Part shown: positions 1-23,978 of the stretch, one piece after another
How the letters are laid out: the number at the start of each line of letters is the position of its first letter
How positions within the stretch are numbered: the stretch's first letter is position 1
Assembly (NCBI RefSeq): GCF_036321535.1
Contig: NC_087447.1
Coordinates: 42,658,001 to 42,718,000 of the forward strand
Direction: 5' to 3'
DNA length: 60,000 bases
Source: Camelus dromedarius
Lineage: Eukaryota
Notes under the pieces: generated by a model
Database searches by the model: none
What the model saw: only the letters and a program-made list of their open reading frames with translations
What the model was told of the DNA's origin: nothing
Translations under genes and position numbers: made by a program

Positions 1-439
1 CACAGATATTCCATGAATGCAGAATTTGAAATCCATAGATAAAAGTTCAATCCCCTTTTATTGAGCCAAGAACCAGAGGCCCAGAAAAGGTAAGTGTTTG
101 GACCAAGGTGATTCAACAAATCCAAAGTGATTCAACAAATCCGCAGAGGTTGTGATGAGCCCCTGCAGCCTTTCCACTACCTCCTACTGTCTCTACTAAC
201 TGAAAAATATTTTAATTGGAGACATTGTGCCATCTCTAGGGTTCTCCTAAGTTACCTGCGTTGGATGACCCGCTCTGGGAAAGATCGGTCAGTGCTCCCC
301 CAATTCTGACTTTGGGACCAGTCGCCCTAAACAGGATTGTAGCGCTACGATCCTCCACCTTCTGGAATCCTGGGCGGAGGAGGCTACCGGAAAGAGTTGG
401 TTCTTTCGCCAACTCCACACCTTCCGAAGCCTGGCCCTC

Positions 440-13608
<13,169 letters not shown>

Positions 13609-14645
13609 TTGGGAATCGAATTCAAGGTGACTAGAAAGAAATGAGGCAGACAATGGGGAAAAACTGACTGTGTTTTCCTGGATTTTGTTTTACTGCCCTG
13701 TTGATTTCACCAACTCTTGCTGGAAAATTCAAAACTAGAAACAGAAAGATGCTTGGTATTTTCTTTTCTCGTTAGCACATTAGTGGAGACATTTGTAAAA
13801 GCACACACCTTAAAGTCAGCCAACAAACCTTTCATATTATGAATTTTACTAATAAAAATAAGTCTGCCTGTAAATTATCTTGAAGTCCTTTACCTGGAAA
13901 AAGCATTCTTTTTTTTTTTTTTTTTTTTTTACCACATAGTTTTAACTTGGTTTTCAAGATAATTTTCAGGTGGGGTTTTTGTGTGGTGGTTTTGTTTTTG
14001 TTTGGCAGGGGAGGGGAGGGATGCGTGGGAAGTGCTTAACGTAACTTTTCTCAAGCCACTTTACTACACATACTTTTGTAAATAGACTTTGCCTTTTATT
14101 TTCAAGTTTCATTTATATTTTGCAGCATAGCCAGCCTCATCAAAGCCCTGACTTACCTATTTGAATTTTGCACTGACTATATTATCTAGATATCTGGTTG
14201 GCCTGTGGCTGTACTTCATGGTCAGTTGAATCCCAAATGCCTGGTGGCCCTTCACAAAATGCAGATTTTCTTCATGTACTGTGATGTCTGATGCAATGCA
14301 TCCTAGGACAAACTGGCCATTCGCTAGTTTACACTAATGACTAAACACAATCTTGGTGTGTGGTCTTTCTTGTCTTCTTCTAGTATATTTAAGGATGAAT
14401 CCTAAGGACTTGGACAGTTGCAATAAAGAAATTTTCTTTTAAACCCAAGCCCCCTGGATTGATGACATACACATGTTTGTCAGCATCTCCAGTCAGGTCG
14501 AGAGGCAGCCGTTGGAGCTCTAGTGTGTATAGCTTTGAACTGGTTGCCTGCCTCTGAAAGGTATAACAGTTATTGGTTAACTGGCTTTTTTTCTTCCTAT
14601 GTCCTCTTTGAATTGTAACAATAAAAATAATTTTTGAAACACCTG
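13609..14645 (+). other. TMEM9B: TMEM9B 3'UTR with three AATAAA signals (13851, 14422, 14620)
   Basis: AT-rich sequence after the stop codon with canonical hexamers; U/GU-rich sequence follows the distal signal. Confidence 0.7.
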
Positions 14646-14786
14646 CCAGTGTATCTATGTCTCCTAACTTTTCTCTCCTCTCTCTTTTGCTGTGCAGTGA
14701 ACTTGAAGATGCAAAGACAATTTGTACCCTGTTGTAAGACTGTTGTTTTATACTAGTCTTCATAAAACACTGGTACTAAATTATCT

Positions 14787-14823
14787 GTGTGTGTGTGTGA
14801 AGAGAGAGAGGGAGAGAGAGAGA
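14787..14823. repeat. Compound (TG)n/(GA)n microsatellite
   Basis: tgtgtgtgtgtgtgaagagagagagggagagagagaga. Confidence 0.85.
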
Positions 14824-15019
14824 ATGTATGGGTACTTAGATGGGTTTCTGTAAGTATACAAGTATCTTTTTGATAAATGGAGAAACTTAAAATGAATGAA
14901 GGAATGCTTGTTCTAAGAAATTCTTGGCAAAAATTGTGTTAGAACTAAATTACATTAAATTCATAAGGATGAGATTTTAGGAGCTGTTAATGGATTTTCT
15001 GGTTAGTGAAAATCAATCT

Positions 15020-15152
15020 TTTTATTTTTTTCATTTATTTTATTTTATCCTATGAGGGGTAATTTGTTTATTTTATTTATTTATTTATTTTTAGAGGAGG
15101 TACTGGGGATTGAACACTGGACCTCATGTATGCTAAGCTGTGCTCTACCACC
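15020..15152 (-). mobile_element. tRNA-Ala-derived SINE (camelid Vic-1 type), 5'-truncated
   Basis: ggaggtactggggattgaac...ggacctcatgtatgctaagc...ctctacca is the reverse complement of a tRNA-Ala-like head, with an A-rich tail. Confidence 0.8.
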
Positions 15153-15234
15153 TAAAACAATCTTTTTAAAACCAAAATCTAACCTAAAATTATTGATTCT
15201 ATTGTTAGTATTAAAAGACGGAAATTCAACTTCA

Positions 15235-15795
15235 AGCAAGTGGAATTTATTCCAGGTATGCAAGGCTTGAATGTTTGAAAATTAATTAATGAAATCCATC
15301 ACATCAGCAGGCTAAAGAAGAGAAACGACATGATCTTACAAATAGATGCAGAAAAAGCATTTGACAAAATCCAACAGCCATTCATGACAAAAACTCTCCA
15401 TAAACTAGGAATAGAGAAAGACAAAACTATGGAGGCAGTTAAAAAAAAACAAAAAACAACAGTAGTTGTCAGTATAGGGGAAGGGAGAGAGGGATAGGTG
15501 GAGCACAGAGGCCGCTTAGGGCAGTGAAACTTCGATGTGTTGTTGGTAGATGTGTCGTTAAACGTTTGTTAAAACGCATCGAATGTACAACACAAGAGTG
15601 AACTTTGAACTGTGGGCTCTGAGTGATGATGATGAGTCCATATTGGTTTATCCGTTGTAACAAATGTGTCAGTCGGGCTGGCATGTTGCTAGTGAGGAGG
15701 ATGTGTGTATGTAGGAGCAGGGGGTATGTGGGAACTCTGCTTTCTGCTCAGTTCTGTTGTGCATATAAAATTGCTCTAAAAAAGTCTATTTAGAA
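15235..15795 (+). mobile_element. L1 ORF2 fragment joined to an L1MC-type 3'UTR
   Basis: An ORF2-like segment (atagatgcagaaaaagcatttgacaaaatccaaca, encoding [11 protein letters not shown]) is followed directly by L1MC 3'UTR-like text (gaatgtacaacacaagagtgaact...ttgtaacaaatgt...gggaactct). Confidence 0.75.
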
Positions 15796-16145
15796 GGAAG
15801 ATAATTTTAATAGGTATATAATAAAATGTAGGCTCATGTTGAGCTTCCTGGTTATGGCCTTAATCTCTATTTAAAAGAATATTGACCAATATTTGCACAT
15901 TACGAGATTATTACTCAAAGATATCTTCCATAAACAATTTTTATTTAAAATTATATAACGGGTGAATGGGGTCTTTTACAAAGGAATTTTTTTACAAGAG
16001 TCCAATTTTGTAAGCAAACCTTTCTATTTAGTATTATAGTGTGTTGTCATATCTACATATTAGGTAGAAAAAAAACAGCTAAACCAGGCTGAGCAGTTCT
16101 GTTTAACTGTAAGCTATTTTGCATGTTGTTACAAAAATGATCACA

Positions 16146-16204
16146 TATAAATCAGGTTAAGTCCAACTCAGCCCAAAATACAGCACTTCAGCAACAAAAT
16201 TCAG
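16146..16204 (+). promoter_or_regulatory. ASCL3: Probable ASCL3 TATA box and short non-coding exon 1
   Basis: TATAAAT at 16146-16152 and a strong donor CAG|gtaaga at 16204/16205. A matching acceptor ttccag| at 19961 lies 12 nt upstream of the ASCL3 ATG. Confidence 0.65.
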
Positions 16205-17863
16205 GTAAGAGACTCTTCTCCAGAGTGGCGCATGGGGGAGAATAAAAATGGTTTTTAAGAAAATCCCTGGGCACGGGTGATAAATGATGATTTTTTTTTC
16301 AATTATCTGATTATTCCATTATCTTAAACTATCAAACATGCACATACATTGAAAGACTCAGTTTTGCTGATGATTAAATCATCTGGAGGAATGGAAAGAG
16401 TTTTTTGGTTTGAAACTCAGGAGACCCAGGTTTTGACCTCTGGTCTGCAACTAGCCCTGCAACAATTTATAAGGGACTGGAAAAAAGAGTTTCTAAGGTT
16501 ACTCCAGCCCTAACATTCCGTAGTTCAATTATATGTGCAGTTGTAGCTTTGTTTTTTACATGCCAGGTATTTTTAATGTCTCTGAAAGTTGAAGCTTTGA
16601 TGCTCAGTAGAGCATCCAGAATCTCTTGGGATTTTATCTTTAAGACCTCATCACTTATTTCCCAGAAGAGCTCTAAGACAGAAACCTGAGATTTCCCCTA
16701 AAAGATAGGTGCCTTTTTTAGCTGTGTGTGTATCTGGCTTTGGAGCCCCAGCGTTTACAGTCTGTGTTGCTTTCTTTTAAAAAAGCCTTGTACTCAATTT
16801 CTACAAACATATCCAGCTTCCACTAGGCTCCCTATCTCGATCCTCTTCATTACTGCATTTTTCATTCTATCGTTGCTGTATTGTGATAGGATGGTTAAAT
16901 TTTCTCCTTTGAATAAAAGATAATCATATTTAAATGCTACATTGATGGGTGAACTTTTTGATTCAATAGAACAAGCTTCTCATCAGTGTGTCTCCAAAGA
17001 CACTAGGCTCTTTCTCTATGAATTATGCAAAGTCTTTTTAAAACCTAGAAACTTTTAATTACCTGTAGCATATACAAATTACTCAGTTTTCATCTGGGTC
17101 AAAGCTTAAGATACTAAAATTTTCTGTCAGGTTGAACCATATCCAAAGAATTCTTGTGTGGGATTTGATGTGGCTTTGATGACATCTGCTTTACTTCCTG
17201 GCACCCCTTGTATCAGTTCTGGCTTGTTAGCTCTCGGCAGAAATAAGGCTCTGATGTTCTCAGAAATGTAGTCATAGGGGCTCCGTACCCACTGTGCCAT
17301 CATTTTGTGCTTTCTGCCATACATGTCCTTCATCTCTTAGCAACTAGAATTCCTGGCTTGGGGATTTCCTAACTGTTTTTATCTCAGCAACTTTTTTATT
17401 TTATTTTATTTTTTTTGACAGAATCTTGGCTAGTTTGTAATCCAGAGATTTTCATTTTATGTTAGTTATTTTAAGCCATTTAGTTAGTAATTTGGAATCT
17501 TTCACTTCCTGTTCCTCTGTTTTGATTTTTAATTGGATCTTTAGCACTTATCTCATCCCCCCACTCCACCCCTATTCAGAAGAGCTTTTCCTGGCATTTA
17601 CTCCTTTTCCAGCCTGTTTCACCATGACTGATTATAACCCTCCCCACCACTCAGAATTCCCCACCCCTCATCCCCAGTCCCCCATCCCTTAACTGCCCTT
17701 TCTGGTTCCAGAGTCATTTGTCTCTTTAGTAGCCATACTCAATCCTCTTCATTATTGCATTATAAGATAGGTTTTTCCAGAAGAACTGTAATACACTTTA
17801 TTGCACTTGAATTCCGGTGCTTAGAAGCTGCTCCCTTCGTTACATAGTGCAGCCTGCAGAGTT

Positions 17864-18311
17864 GATTTTGTTTTAAATTGAAGTATGGTTGATTTACAAT
17901 GCTGTGTTAGTTTCTGGTATATAGCATAGTGATTCAGTTAACACATATATATATTCTTTTTCATTATAGATTATTATAAGCTATTGAATATAGTTCCCTG
18001 TGCTATACAGTAGGACCTTGCTGTTTTATCTATTTTATATATAGTAGTTTGTATCTGCTAATCCCAAACTCCTAATTTATCCCTCCCCACCTTTCCCCTT
18101 TGGTAATCATCAGTTTGTTTTCTATGTCTATGAGTCTGTTTCTGTTTTGTAAATAAGTTCATTTGCATCATTTTTTAAGATTCCACATGTAAGTAATATC
18201 ATATTTGTCCTTGTCTGACATACTTCACCTGGTATGATCATCTCTAGGTCCATCTGTGTTGCTGCAAATGGCATTATTTCCTTCTTTTTATGACTGAATA
18301 GTATTCCATTA

Positions 18312-18369
<58 letters not shown>

Positions 18370-18430
18370 TTATCCAGTCATCTGTCATTGGACATTTAGT
18401 TTGCTTCCATGTCTTGGCAATTGTAAATAG
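17864..18430 (-). mobile_element. LINE-1 3' end fragment containing a (CA)n microsatellite, flanked by a ~20-bp direct repeat
   Basis: Artiodactyl-type L1 3' text; the minus-strand ORF gives ORF2 C-terminal-like ALFTIAKTWKQTKCP; ATAGTGCAGC(C/T)TGCAGAGTT at 17844-17863 and 18427-18446. Confidence 0.85.
18315..18366. repeat. (CA)n microsatellite, about 26 units
   Basis: Uninterrupted AC run. Confidence 0.95.
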
Positions 18431-18714
18431 TGCAGCTTGCAGAGTTTTGCTGTGCTCAGGTAGAAAAACATGTACCAGTGTTTCTAATATTGCCCATAAA
18501 CATAAAGCCATCTTTCCTTCTTTTCTGAAGGCCCACAATTAGATTTCATGTTGCTTTTCCTTTTCCACTTTGGGGATGTTCTTCATCTCAACAAATGTGC
18601 TTTGGATGTACTGATGTTTGATTTTCCAGTATTAGGGAAATATAAGCCAGGTTTTCTATAAGGTGCAGTTGAGAAAGGGATGTATTCATCTGTTAAGAAA
18701 GGAAAGAGGAAAAG

Positions 18715-18890
18715 AACTAATGCCTGGTGCATTATATATCTATTTTTTTCATTTAATCCTCACAACTACCCTGCATAATAGTTAATATCTCGGTTGGACA
18801 TAGGAACAAGCTAGGGCTCAGAAAGGTTAAGAAACTTGCCTCAGGACACACAGCTAAGAAGAGGCAAAGCCAAGATTGAAACCTGAGAAT
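18715..18890 (-). mobile_element. MIR SINE fragment
   Basis: atttaatcctcacaactaccctg...ggctcagaaaggttaagaaacttgcctcaggacacacagctaag resembles the MIR core. Confidence 0.65.
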
Positions 18891-19973
18891 GTTAATGACT
18901 GAAAGAAAAATGCTCTTTTCCTACAGCACTTCCCTGACGCCCAGTAAAACTGTAATGTCCCTGTGAAATCTGCTGTGACTACATTATTACAGTCAAAGGC
19001 AAAAGGTAATGGCGGTTTAATAAAGGAGCTGGATGCACACCTATTGAGAAAGAGGGCGTGTGTTGGTGTGGGACCTGTTGGTGTGTAATACTTTATTCTT
19101 AAGTTCCATGAAAAAAAAACCAACTAAGTACAGATGCACTTTACTCAGTATATTTAAAGTTCTAAGGAAAAATACATAAATTGACTATGTTTTAAATGTG
19201 ATAGGGGAATTTCTCATTAAAGGAATCTTATAGTGAATTTTTAAGAGCAAATGATTCCTTTTTTATCTTTATTTTCAGTTTTGCCCCTGGCATACAGGTA
19301 TCATTTAAGAAGGCTATGCCTGTGAGGTTGCATGGTCATTAACTGGTTTGTAATTTCTCCCACACGTATTTGAATATTGTGGTGTTTCAGTGTTTCCTAA
19401 ACTTCATATTTGCATGCACCTTCACAATCTTCATTATATCTATGTTCCACCTGTGCTGCTATTTACTCACTATTCTTCTTCAAGTCAATCCACATTTTTT
19501 GCTCAAATTTATTTACTTTTAAAAGAGACTTTGCATCACTACTGTAAATGTGAAAACAGAATAATTCACAATAAATGGACATTAACAGTAAAATATTATT
19601 AGATTCTAGCTAGATACTATTGCTTGTTGAAGACTTCCATCTGAGGAGGATTAGAAAGCATTCTGGTAGCGTGGAAAACACAGTCTTACCAGACTAAAGA
19701 TACGTCTTTGTAATCACAAGGACTGAAAGAGGATTGAAAGGAAATAACTTTCTCTCAAGGTGAGTCAATGTTATTTCATACTGCTTCTGTGTACCAGCAA
19801 AAATCCTCTCTTACTACCTACAGAATATTGTAACCACACCTAGTTTTCAGAATGAGCTAAGAAACTTCATCAAAGCAGAAAAGTCTCTGATCTCCAAGAA
19901 AGTCAATGATATCTGCTCTCTTTTGATCTGGCTAAATTAATAAACTTGGTTATGTTTCCAGAATAAAGAGGAA

Positions 19974-20519
19974 ATGATGGACAATAGAAGCTACTCCAAT
20001 CTGCCAGACAGACTGCCTGTCTTCACTGATTCTGCCCACCTGCCCCTGGCCAGGTCCTTCTATCTGGACCCCATGGTCACGTTCCACCTGTACCCTGAGG
20101 GCCCAGTGGCGTCCCCTTTCTCTGAAGACCTGCCATTGCTGCCTTTTTCCAGTGACTCCCTGATCATGGAAAATTACGGTGAACCCTGTGCCTTCTCCTT
20201 CCCAGTGCCTTATCCAAATTACAGAAGGTGCGATTATTCCTACGGGCCGGCCTTTATCCGGAAAAGGAATGAGCGGGAAAGGCAGCGGGTGAAATGTGTC
20301 AATGAAGGCTACGCCCAGCTCCGACATCACCTGCCAGAGGAGTACTTGGAGAAGCGACTCAGCAAAGTGGAAACCCTCAGAGCCGCGATCAAGTACATCC
20401 ATTACCTGCAGTCCCTCCTCTGCCCTGATGAGGCTGAGATGAAGAATAACCCCAGGAAAGTTTCCTCCATGATGGCAACCACCAGCCGCCACACTGATCC
20501 CATTTTTAGAATCATTTGA
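19974..20519 (+). CDS. ASCL3: Achaete-scute family bHLH transcription factor 3, 181 aa
   Basis: Intact ORF with an achaete-scute bHLH domain (AFIRKRNERERQRVKCVNEGYAQLRHHLPEEYLEKRLSKVETLRAAIKYIHYLQSLL); N-terminus MMDNRSYSNLPDRLP resembles ASCL3; synteny with TMEM9B and C11orf16. Confidence 0.97.
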   Translation: MMDNRSYSNLPDRLPVFTDSAHLPLARSFYLDPMVTFHLYPEGPVASPFSEDLPLLPFSSDSLIMENYGEPCAFSFPVPYPNYRRCDYSYGPAFIRKRNERERQRVKCVNEGYAQLRHHLPEEYLEKRLSKVETLRAAIKYIHYLQSLLCPDEAEMKNNPRKVSSMMATTSRHTDPIFRII

Positions 20520-22204
20520 TTCTGTGTTTCCAAACAGAAACAGTTTCACAAAATGTGGTCCCTTACATCATTAATAGTTTTCCTAATGTCTTCTGTGTGG
20601 GCAGATAATAGTTCAAATGCTAAGCTATGCTGCATATTTCTTACCTGGCTCTCAGATGTACTAAACATTATCTGATGTAGATTGAGAAAATGCTTCTTAA
20701 GTTTTGGTGATTTCTTTAAAGAACTTTAGAGGAGCAGGAGCCCCAAATCTCTATACCTCTAACCTTGCTCTTCTCACACAGAATCTCAGCTGTGAGAAAC
20801 TCTCACAAAGATTATGTAAAGTACAACCGACGACTATTCACTGCCTGTAATGCACTTTGCAAATACTTCGTATTAAGCAATCACAATGAACCTCCCTTGA
20901 TTTGTCAAAGTTTGGTGGTTTTTATTATTTGGGGTTGGCAAGAAATCTATACTCCACCCATAACATGATGGGGAAGTATCTTGGGGCTAAAGCAAAAGTA
21001 GTTAACAAAACCTTGTTGTCATTTGAAATTATTTCAGTCATCTTTTCCTGCATGCAGCAGACTTTGTCAGGTAGCTTAGTGTAGGGCTTAAGAGGGCAGG
21101 CTCTGCAATCAAACTTCTTCCACAGAATGAGAGTAACAGTAATGACGTAGTATGCTTATCATGAGGATCAACAGTGCCTGATGCATAGTAAGTTTTCATA
21201 ACTACTATTTTTAAAATTATTATCCTTTTTTACCCCCATAGCATCACCATTCTCCTGGTTTTCTAGGATCAGAATACATGGGGAGGAGAGTGACACCCCC
21301 TATCTTGGAGTCTGCCTTCAAAAAGTCTCTATTTCTATTCCCATGACAAGCTTCAGCCCTTCCTTCTCCCTTAACTCGTGGGTCCCATCTGTCACCAAAC
21401 CCAGGCAGGACTTCCAACACACTGTCAGCTCTTTGTGAAGTTGTCCCACCCAGCCATTTTTTGTTCCTTTATTTTGTACACATATCTCCCTGCCATTCCC
21501 ATCCTGCTATCTTACATGCCTGGCACACCTATCTTCTGTCTGCAGTAGACTATAAGCCCCCTGAAGACAGGGACCAGTCTTACTCATCCTAGACTCCTAG
21601 CACCCAGCAAAGAGCTTCAAATCAGGTAGGTGTTGGTAAATATTTAGTGGTGCTGTTTTCCTAGTCCTGTCCTGTCACGTTATGTCTGGGTCACTGTTAA
21701 CGGTCTCTTCCTGGACCTCCCTGGCTCTTTTCTCTTTTGTGGACCACACAGGTCCACAAATACAAACTGGCTCCATCCTCACTCTGATATTCTTTCTTAA
21801 GCCATTTCACATCACTTCATTACTCAAACCCCATGACAACTCCCTTTTGGCTATGACGTTGTTGTTTACATTTATTTGCTTGGTTTTCAAAGCTCCCATC
21901 AATTTGGCCCCTTTCCAAATATCCACATCTTGATTTTTCCATGACACCCCATTCCCTCCACCCCAAAAGGAAAATCACAGTCTTGCAAAAGCATCTTTCT
22001 CTCTTAGCTTTTGCTTCCCACCAAGACAGGATGGAATATTCTTTTTCCTTTCACTGTTGAAATCCTACCTACCTTATTCAGGAATCCTTCCCTCACAGAC
22101 AGAGACTTAGTCTTTCTTGGACTCTAACTTTGTGTACCAAATAACTTAGTCTTTAGGGCAACAGTCATTCTCCTGACTGCAAATTTAAGTTCTTTGAGGG
22201 CAGA

Positions 22205-22680
22205 CATCAATAGATGTTGGTTGAAGCAATGGACAAATCCAATAAAAACTGATATAATCAATAAAGGGAATTTATAGGCTCACATACTGAAGCTTCTAGC
22301 AGTAGGGCTGCCTTCAGGCGGGGCTTAACACTTTCATCAAGAATCTGTTTTCTTTAGGTCTATCCTCCCCAGGAATGGCCTCAGTGTCCCCAAAAGGTTG
22401 TCAGAAGCTCCCAGAACTATATGCTTTCTTATTTATGTATAGGAGGGAAGAGAAAGTCTATAACCCAGGATTTCCAACAAAAGTTTTGAGATTCATTCTG
22501 ATTAGAGAGGCTTAGGAACATGGCCAACCCTAGTGGCCAGGGAATGGAACGTGCTGATGGACATACATGTGACTCAGTGGGTAGTCAGCCTCCCCTAACC
22601 ACACAGGTCCACAAATACAAACAGGAACTGCTGGAAGGGGGGATGGATGTGGCAGAGACACCCACAAGTGTCCCTGCACA
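22205..22680. mobile_element. Degraded MaLR (MLT1-type) LTR
   Basis: aaagggaatttataggctcacatactgaag...ccttcaggcggggctt...tctgatt...ggccagggaatggaacgtgctgatgg resembles old MLT1 LTRs. Confidence 0.5.
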
Positions 22681-23189
22681 GTTTTTGGTATTCTCCACTG
22701 AACACAGAGTGGGGCATACAACCAGTGCACAAGGACTGCCAAATACCTAAGCACCAGCCTCCTCCTATGGATGTTCAAATGAGGGCAGAATCTAGACTTC
22801 TGTTCCTTTGGTCACTGCTGTCCACTCCCACCACCCAAGTGATCACCACACTTCTGCTCCTCAGCAGAGTGCTGCCTGTTACAGACATGCCCACGCTTTT
22901 GGGTATTTTGTTTTAAACACAGACATATTCTTAGGGCTCCTAGGCCAGCCAGGAGTCCCTCCACTCCAGCCCCCTGCCTGACAGTGTGAAGGCAGATCAG
23001 CTCTTTCACAAGACTCTCCTTGGACCCATGAGGGCTTCCCACTGACTGACTCCTGGCAGTGGAGAAGCCTGAGCTTCTGGGAACTGAGGCCTTTCTCTCC
23101 AACACCCCCTCTTCCCTTCTTCAAAGAGAAAGACAAAGACTAACCCCCTACCCCCTGGCCCCGCCCAAGCCTCCAAGGCCCCAGTCACC

Positions 23190-23340
23190 CCTCCGCACAT
23201 GCTCAGTTCCCTCACTTGGCCCTCAGCCTGCCTGCTGGTTCGCACCCATGGCAACCTGCTTGGCAACCAGGAGTCAGTTGGGCTGAGGCCGTGAGCTCCA
23301 ACTGTTTGAAGGGGCTGAGGTGGAGGAGTCCAGGGCTGAG
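23190..23340 (+). promoter_or_regulatory. C11orf16: C11orf16 promoter and non-coding exon 1 with tandem RFX X-box-like motifs
   Basis: CCCATGGCAAC (23245-23255) and CTTGGCAAC (23259-23267); strong donor GAG|gtaagt at 23340/23341; acceptor ttctcag| at 23960, 18 nt before the ATG. Confidence 0.7.
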
Positions 23341-23978
23341 GTAAGTCTGCCTGGGGTCAGAACTGTGGCCTTGGCCAAGAGCAGACCCAACAGGAACGTG
23401 GTGAGCTCAGGCAACGGAGTGTGATCTTGGGCCCTGGGTGATAGCTGTCGCCTCTGAGCAGGTCTGCGGAAGCCACAGCCCTGGGCTCTCAGCTCGGTCT
23501 AGTTAGTCCTGTAGGTGACCGGGTTAGGAGGGAAGTCTGTGGCTTGGGTTAGGGGTCAGTTTGTCATTGGGGTTAGGATTTGTGAAGGGAAGTATGGGCT
23601 TACCCCTGGGAATCCCTACAACTCGGGTGGAGGTGGGGGGAGAAAACTAACGTGTATTGAGCTACTTACATGCCAGGTGCTTTCCATTTATCATCTGGGC
23701 GGTAACCGAAGCATGGAGTGAAGTGAGCACGCAGCCAGCAGGCTGTGACGGATTTAAAGCTGGGTTTCCCGAGAGTCTCAGCTCTTGCTTTTTCAACCCT
23801 CCCCTGTTTCCCGGGCTGTCTCTCCCAAGGAAGGTGACTCAGGGGACACCCTGAGCGTCTGTGGAGAAGCCACTAACCGCAGAGCTGAGTCCTGCCTCAG
23901 CCAGGCATCCTCTCCTGGGCTGTGGGCTGCAACTCAGGTAACGGTGCTGCTTGTTCTCAGGGGTTTTCTTTGAAGACC

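Noticed and set aside
108..142. 16-bp tandem duplication GTGATTCAACAAATCC
   Set aside because: Ordinary slippage duplication inside a degraded MIR-like fragment; two copies only and not a CRISPR-like array.
18128..18538. 136-aa ORF with a VCVCVC repeat
   Set aside because: Translation of an L1 remnant plus the (TG)n microsatellite.
19950..20549. 199-aa antisense ORF spanning ASCL3
   Set aside because: Shadow ORF of a real CDS, with a non-ATG start and no recognisable domain.
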